Below, in pieces: positions 60,280 to 64,000 of a stretch of DNA of 64,000 nucleotides. Origin of the DNA: a virus; IMG/VR virus record IMGVR_UViG_3300033149_002633, positions 15,255 through 79,254 of that record. One strand, 5' to 3'. Numbering within the stretch: the first letter of the stretch is position 1; every line of letters begins with the position of its first letter. The notes beneath the pieces are model-generated. The model was not told the DNA's origin and searched no databases. It saw nothing but the letters and a program-made list of their open reading frames with translations. The position numbers and the translations under genes are program-made.

Positions 60280-60443
60280 AAATATAGATTCTCTCGAAAG
60301 GTTAAAAAGGTTTCGGATGCGGGGTTTTAAAAAATGGGAGTGCGAGACCAATTCAAGGTTTTCACATTTTTCATTTCACAGAACCTTTTTCCCCTCCACC
60401 CCCCAATCCAAAAACAGACTAACAAAGAAAAAAAAGAAGGCTT

Positions 60444-61436
60444 TCAGTTTTCAGAAAGCCACTTTTCGCCTAACTTTATCACTCTTTTAGCATCAGAAAC
60501 GAGTTTCTCATTCTTTGAGGTTTCTATGACTTTTGAAGCTTTTTTCATAAAATAGATTATAAAGCCTTCTAGCTCTGTATTCTGAGCTAGAAGAATGAGT
60601 TTTCTTCCACCCATTGAACAATTATCGAATTCTTTTTCCTCTACAAGCCACTCAAAGAATTCAACAGTGTAATTCGCAAAATTTGTTTGTTTTTGGAATA
60701 GCTCCAATTCAGCAAAATAAGCTTCCAGAACTGCTAAAAGTCTGTTCTTTCCGCTTGTTATATCTTTGTCATTCAGATAAATCTTCTTATGATTTATATA
60801 AGCATATTGTAATAATTTCAGTAGCTCAACGAGATTTCTCGAAAGACGAGATATCTCTGAAACAAAAATAACCTTGAATTCTTTTAACAATAGTTTCACG
60901 ACTTGAGCACTGTAAAAACCCGAAAAATCTTCGAGTTTCAACACATAAGGCTTGTCGAACCCTAATCTTTTCGCTTTTCTCTTTAAACTCTCTTCCATAG
61001 CGAAATATCGCACTTCTGCAGATTTTGAAGTACTTTGACGCTCATACACACAACAATTATATTCTTTTGCGTTTTTAAGAGCTGTTTTCACTAATTCAGC
61101 GTTCTTTTTCTTCTTGTATTCTATTTCTTCGTCTTCTTGCTCTTCTTGTTCTTTTTCAATCATCTCATATATTGACATAGAATTATTGTTTTCACTTCTC
61201 AAAGCTAAAAACTGCGAAAAAGTAAATTCAAGATTTCTTTTTCTAGCTTTTTCAACACTATCAAGAGAGCGAAGAAGATAATTTCTTACACTTCTAACAT
61301 CAGAATTCATTAGTTTTACAGCTGTTGAGCCATAAATCCTAATTTCGAACTCTTTTTCAAAATCCTCATAAACTTCAACCCTACGGTCTGAAACTATGTA
61401 TTTCAAACCATATTCATCATCAAAATACTCTTTCAT
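60444..61436 (-). CDS. serine recombinase (resolvase/invertase catalytic domain) with N- and C-terminal extensions
   Basis: VYERQST (catalytic Ser), EDFSG, IFVSEISRLSRN, helix E LLAVLEAYFAELE. Confidence 0.85.
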   Translation of the reverse strand: MKEYFDDEYGLKYIVSDRRVEVYEDFEKEFEIRIYGSTAVKLMNSDVRSVRNYLLRSLDSVEKARKRNLEFTFSQFLALRSENNNSMSIYEMIEKEQEEQEDEEIEYKKKKNAELVKTALKNAKEYNCCVYERQSTSKSAEVRYFAMEESLKRKAKRLGFDKPYVLKLEDFSGFYSAQVVKLLLKEFKVIFVSEISRLSRNLVELLKLLQYAYINHKKIYLNDKDITSGKNRLLAVLEAYFAELELFQKQTNFANYTVEFFEWLVEEKEFDNCSMGGRKLILLAQNTELEGFIIYFMKKASKVIETSKNEKLVSDAKRVIKLGEKWLSEN

Positions 61437-61503
61437 TTCTACACCACGTTTTTACTTGCTGTATATACAGTATTTGCAAAGTTATTTAAAGGTTTCGAGA
61501 ATT

Positions 61504-61552
61504 CGGAAATTCGGAACAATCGAACCCATGGTAGAAGAAATACGAATTTCCG
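61504..61552. repeat. dyad site A
   Basis: CGGAAATTCGG-N11-CCATGG-N10-ACGAATTTCCG; minus-strand TATA at 61483-61490. Confidence 0.85.
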
Positions 61553-61695
61553 CACTTTTTCGACTTGTTTATATAGAATGAATGAAAACATCAATTAGAG
61601 AGTTTGAAACTCAAAAATCTGTTTTTCTTAATATTCTCTTATAGAGAATATCTTTAACTCAAAAATATAAGATGTAAGATGTGAGAGGGAAAAAA

Positions 61696-62064
61696 TTAAA
61701 CAGTCAAATAAATAGATTGATTATTTTTATAGTCATAAATAGCTTTCTGTTCCCACATTTTACCTAACTCAATAGCTAGGTCTTTTTGAATTATAGAAAC
61801 AGAAACATCGAAATAAGCTATATCGTTATCTATCCACACTCCTATATACTTATCATCTTCAACAAGTTCAGTATATTCTCTTATGAGTGATTGAAAAACT
61901 GGAAAAGTCAATAGTTTTAATGGGATTTGTGTTTCAAAGTTTGGAGTAGAAACGATATAATCAAGATTAGAAACCTTCTCAAGTTTCTTATTCACTGTAA
62001 AACCATTGTTATTATACAATGCTTTGAACAACTGTTCAATCTTCATTTTGATATCACCTAACAA
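61696..62064 (-). CDS. hypothetical protein, distant resemblance to phage SAM-lyase-like proteins
   Basis: GVWID...YFDVS...AIELGKMWEQKAIYD; likely start at ATG 62046. Confidence 0.6.
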   Translation of the reverse strand: MLGDIKMKIEQLFKALYNNNGFTVNKKLEKVSNLDYIVSTPNFETQIPLKLLTFPVFQSLIREYTELVEDDKYIGVWIDNDIAYFDVSVSIIQKDLAIELGKMWEQKAIYDYKNNQSIYLTV

Positions 62065-62371
62065 GTTTCCTCTTAAAAACTCTCAACATATTATTTTGTA
62101 TATCAAAGAAATACAAGTATTCACAATAGATATCGCTGTTTTCATCATAGATTTTACGGTATATAAGAGCTGAAGTCTCAAAACTAAAGAAAACATCTAC
62201 TTCAGTATGAGGCACATTCTCGTAATATGTTTCTTCAACTATACAATCACCAGCCAAAATTTTATATTCGTCTTTCCTAAAATACAAAGTTCCTATTCCA
62301 TATTGAAGAGTTATATTAAGTGTAGGACTTTCGAGTTTTATCTCATTTGCTTGTTTCCATACATCTGTCAT
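62054..62371 (-). CDS. hypothetical protein
   Basis: GGTGA RBS; first gene after the site-B promoter. Confidence 0.7.
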   Translation of the reverse strand: MTDVWKQANEIKLESPTLNITLQYGIGTLYFRKDEYKILAGDCIVEETYYENVPHTEVDVFFSFETSALIYRKIYDENSDIYCEYLYFFDIQNNMLRVFKRKLVR

Positions 62372-62428
62372 TTTGTTATCACCTACACTATAAACAGTAT
62401 ATGAATATTTAAAGGGATTGAAAAAATA

Positions 62429-62476
62429 CGGAAATTCGGAATAATCAAATCATGACACCAGAAAACCGAAAAACCG
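62429..62476. repeat. dyad site B
   Basis: CGGAAATTCGG-N10-TCATGA-N10-CCGAAAAACCG; minus-strand TATA at 62406-62413. Confidence 0.9.
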
Positions 62477-62517
62477 AAATTTGAAAAAAAAGAATATTAA
62501 GATGTAGATGATAGATA

Positions 62518-62730
62518 CTAATTTCTCTCTATTTCCCACGAATTTTGAATATATTCATTTTCAGTATCAATGAATTCGTTATTATAAGGCACAAGTGTTT
62601 TTCCGTTCAAATCTTTTTCTTCTAAAACAAGCTTTTCAGCTTGTTCCTTTGAATACGCTTCAATTTCATAGTAATAATCTCTCGCTTCTATTCTTGTTAC
62701 AATTACTTTAAACTTCTTTAGCTTTGCCAT
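62518..62730 (-). CDS. small DpnD/PcfM-like protein
   Basis: KKFKVIVTR...EIEAYSKEQAEKLV; start taken at MAKLK after a GGAGTGA RBS. Confidence 0.6.
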   Translation of the reverse strand: MAKLKKFKVIVTRIEARDYYYEIEAYSKEQAEKLVLEEKDLNGKTLVPYNNEFIDTENEYIQNSWEIERN

Positions 62731-62735
62731 TTCAA

Positions 62736-63182
62736 TCACTCCCAAGTATATGAAATACACAAGGAGCCAATATCAAGCCAAACCTTACGCATTAGTTTAT
62801 ACTCATCAAGAGCGTCTTTGTCTTCACTATCTGGTCTCTTTAACATAAAACTATTTAAGAAGTTATCTACTTCTTCTTCATTTGCCACAATCATTATGAA
62901 ATCTCGTTGTTCAAATTTATGTCCAACTATTTTATTCATTTGTTCTTCACTCAAAAGGTCAAAGCTTTCAGAAATGTTGAATATTTTCAGCAGATGCTTA
63001 TGTCTATCGTAATATTCTTTTCTGCTAATACTTCCACAATTAAAAGCATATGAGAAAAGAACAAAAAGTAATATAGGACTATCACCTTCGTGACAAAAAT
63101 CTGGAAGTTTTCTGTAAAAATTCTTATATTCATTTGTCTTTTGTATCTGAAACTTGATTTCTTTTACTAATTTTTCATTCAT
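62736..63182 (-). CDS. hypothetical protein
   Basis: GGTGG RBS. Confidence 0.7.
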   Translation of the reverse strand: MNEKLVKEIKFQIQKTNEYKNFYRKLPDFCHEGDSPILLFVLFSYAFNCGSISRKEYYDRHKHLLKIFNISESFDLLSEEQMNKIVGHKFEQRDFIMIVANEEEVDNFLNSFMLKRPDSEDKDALDEYKLMRKVWLDIGSLCISYTWE

Positions 63183-63220
63183 TTTGAACCACCTAAAGAT
63201 GAATAAAAAAGGAAGAGTAA

Positions 63221-63502
63221 TTATTTACTCCTCTTTTTTATCTTTATCTGCTTGATTTGACGATAGAGATTTACAGATAGCTTTAACTGTTCTTTCTTAT
63301 CTCCATTGACATTTTCGTCAATGATTTGATTTCCACGACTTGTCGCAATCATTTCATTACCTTTATCCGTTAGATACAGATAATCATCTAAATTCTCAAT
63401 CTCTATTGTCAATTTGTTCTTACTCTTATCAAGTGAGTACTTGACATTTGAGCCAACGAAACCAGTTATTGCTTTTGATACTGTTTTTGTTGTTGTTGCC
63501 AT
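63221..63502 (-). CDS. small hypothetical protein
   Basis: NVKYS..KLTIEI...IATSRGN...LSVNLYR; start MATTT after a GGTGA RBS. Confidence 0.7.
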   Translation of the reverse strand: MATTTKTVSKAITGFVGSNVKYSLDKSKNKLTIEIENLDDYLYLTDKGNEMIATSRGNQIIDENVNGDKKEQLKLSVNLYRQIKQIKIKKRSK

Positions 63503-63560
63503 TTTTGGTATCACCATTATACACACTATTCACACACTATTTAAAGATATTGAAAAATTT

Positions 63561-63608
63561 CGGAAATTCGGTTAAGCTCAATCATGACTTGAAACAACCG
63601 AAAAACCG
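63561..63608. repeat. dyad site C
   Basis: CGGAAATTCGG-N10-TCATGA-N10-CCGAAAAACCG; minus-strand TATA at 63538-63545. Confidence 0.9.
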
Positions 63609-63670
63609 AATTTTAGGAAAAAGAAAAAATTGAAACAACCGAAAAACCGAATTTTAGGAAAAAGAAAAAA
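63589..63670. repeat. perfect 41-bp tandem duplication of the right arm of site C
   Basis: TTGAAACAACCGAAAAACCGAATTTTAGGAAAAAGAAAAAA at 63589-63629 and 63630-63670. Confidence 0.95.
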
Positions 63671-63678
63671 TAGAAAAA

Positions 63679-63879
63679 TTATAACTCGTTTCGTTCTCCA
63701 GTCCTTCTATTCATTTCAGCTACTATTATTCCCCGTGTTTGCTCAAAACAGTGAGGACAAAATGATAGACCACCAGCATATTTATGAAAAGTAATCAATA
63801 TTTCGTCTTCTGAAAACTCTTTGTTGCAATGCTCACATTTGTATATATCACACCACTCTTCTTCGCTCATCTTAATCAT
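63679..63879 (-). CDS. zinc-ribbon protein
   Basis: CEHC...CPHC. Confidence 0.7.
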   Translation of the reverse strand: MIKMSEEEWCDIYKCEHCNKEFSEDEILITFHKYAGGLSFCPHCFEQTRGIIVAEMNRRTGERNEL

Positions 63880-63999
63880 CTAGTACTCTTCAATATCTAT
63901 AAGATGTTCAGTAGTTATATATTCCACTTTACTAAATGTTATTCTATGTATTCTGCATTGGTGCTTATAAAATAATTCTCTATCTTTGATGTTATGTAC
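63880..63999 (-). CDS. 3' end of a gene truncated by the window edge
   Basis: Open frame ...VHNIKDRELFYKHQCRIHRITFSKVEYNITTEHLIDIEEY*. Confidence 0.55.
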   Translation of the reverse strand, partial: VHNIKDRELFYKHQCRIHRITFSKVEYITTEHLIDIEEY

Positions 64000-64000
64000 C

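Noticed and set aside
60310-60325. CGGATGCGG as a fourth dyad site
   Set aside because: CGG spacing is 3 rather than 5, with no CATG core or right arm
58300-60330. Diversity-generating retroelement explaining adenine loss
   Set aside because: No reverse transcriptase or TR/VR repeat pair seen, and the changes are largely synonymous over ~2 kb
60444-61436. IS607-family transposon
   Set aside because: No adjacent tnpB and no recognisable short MerR-type HTH at the N-terminus
61480-63670. Repeats as a CRISPR array
   Set aside because: Units are ~1 kb apart, separated by whole genes, and have variable internal spacers
1-64000. tRNA/rRNA genes, inteins and introns
   Set aside because: No cloverleaf or rRNA-like stretch noticed; PolB, TerL and helicase motifs are contiguous with no intein-sized insertions (by eye only)

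Overview
AT-rich segment of a tailed archaeal virus (Caudoviricetes, contractile-tail/myovirus type) that runs off both window edges. Archaeal origin is supported by BRE/TATA promoters, leaderless first genes and GGTGA ribosome-binding sites. An Asgard (Heimdallarchaeia-like) host is a tentative inference from the style of the hybrid kinase and a C-terminal sorting signal. Layout: regulators (1-4.3 kb); replication, recombination and modification genes (PolB with PIP box, DNA methyltransferase, primase-helicase fusion, Sak4-like ATPase, Cas4-like nuclease, SF2 helicase; 4.3-21.5 kb); TerL on the + strand; a minus-strand morphogenesis block from portal to tail fibres (24.3-54.2 kb) containing two glycosyltransferases and a -1 frameshifted tail chaperone; and an accessory end (54-64 kb). 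The most notable observations are: (1) a serine recombinase next to three ~48-bp dyad sites (CGGAAATTCGG-N10-TCATGA-N10-CCGAAAAACCG) that delimit small promoter-carrying gene cassettes, a candidate integron/shufflon-like array; (2) Ser-Gly enrichment in external virion proteins together with viral glycosyltransferases and a sulfotransferase, suggesting a sulfated glycan coat; (3) a virus-encoded two-component pair (REC-PAS-kinase and a membrane-anchored receiver); (4) three tandem protamine-like peptides inside a ~2-kb zone of strand-specific adenine depletion; (5) two promoter-linked double-hairpin elements that may be small RNAs. All counts were made by eye and no database searches were run.
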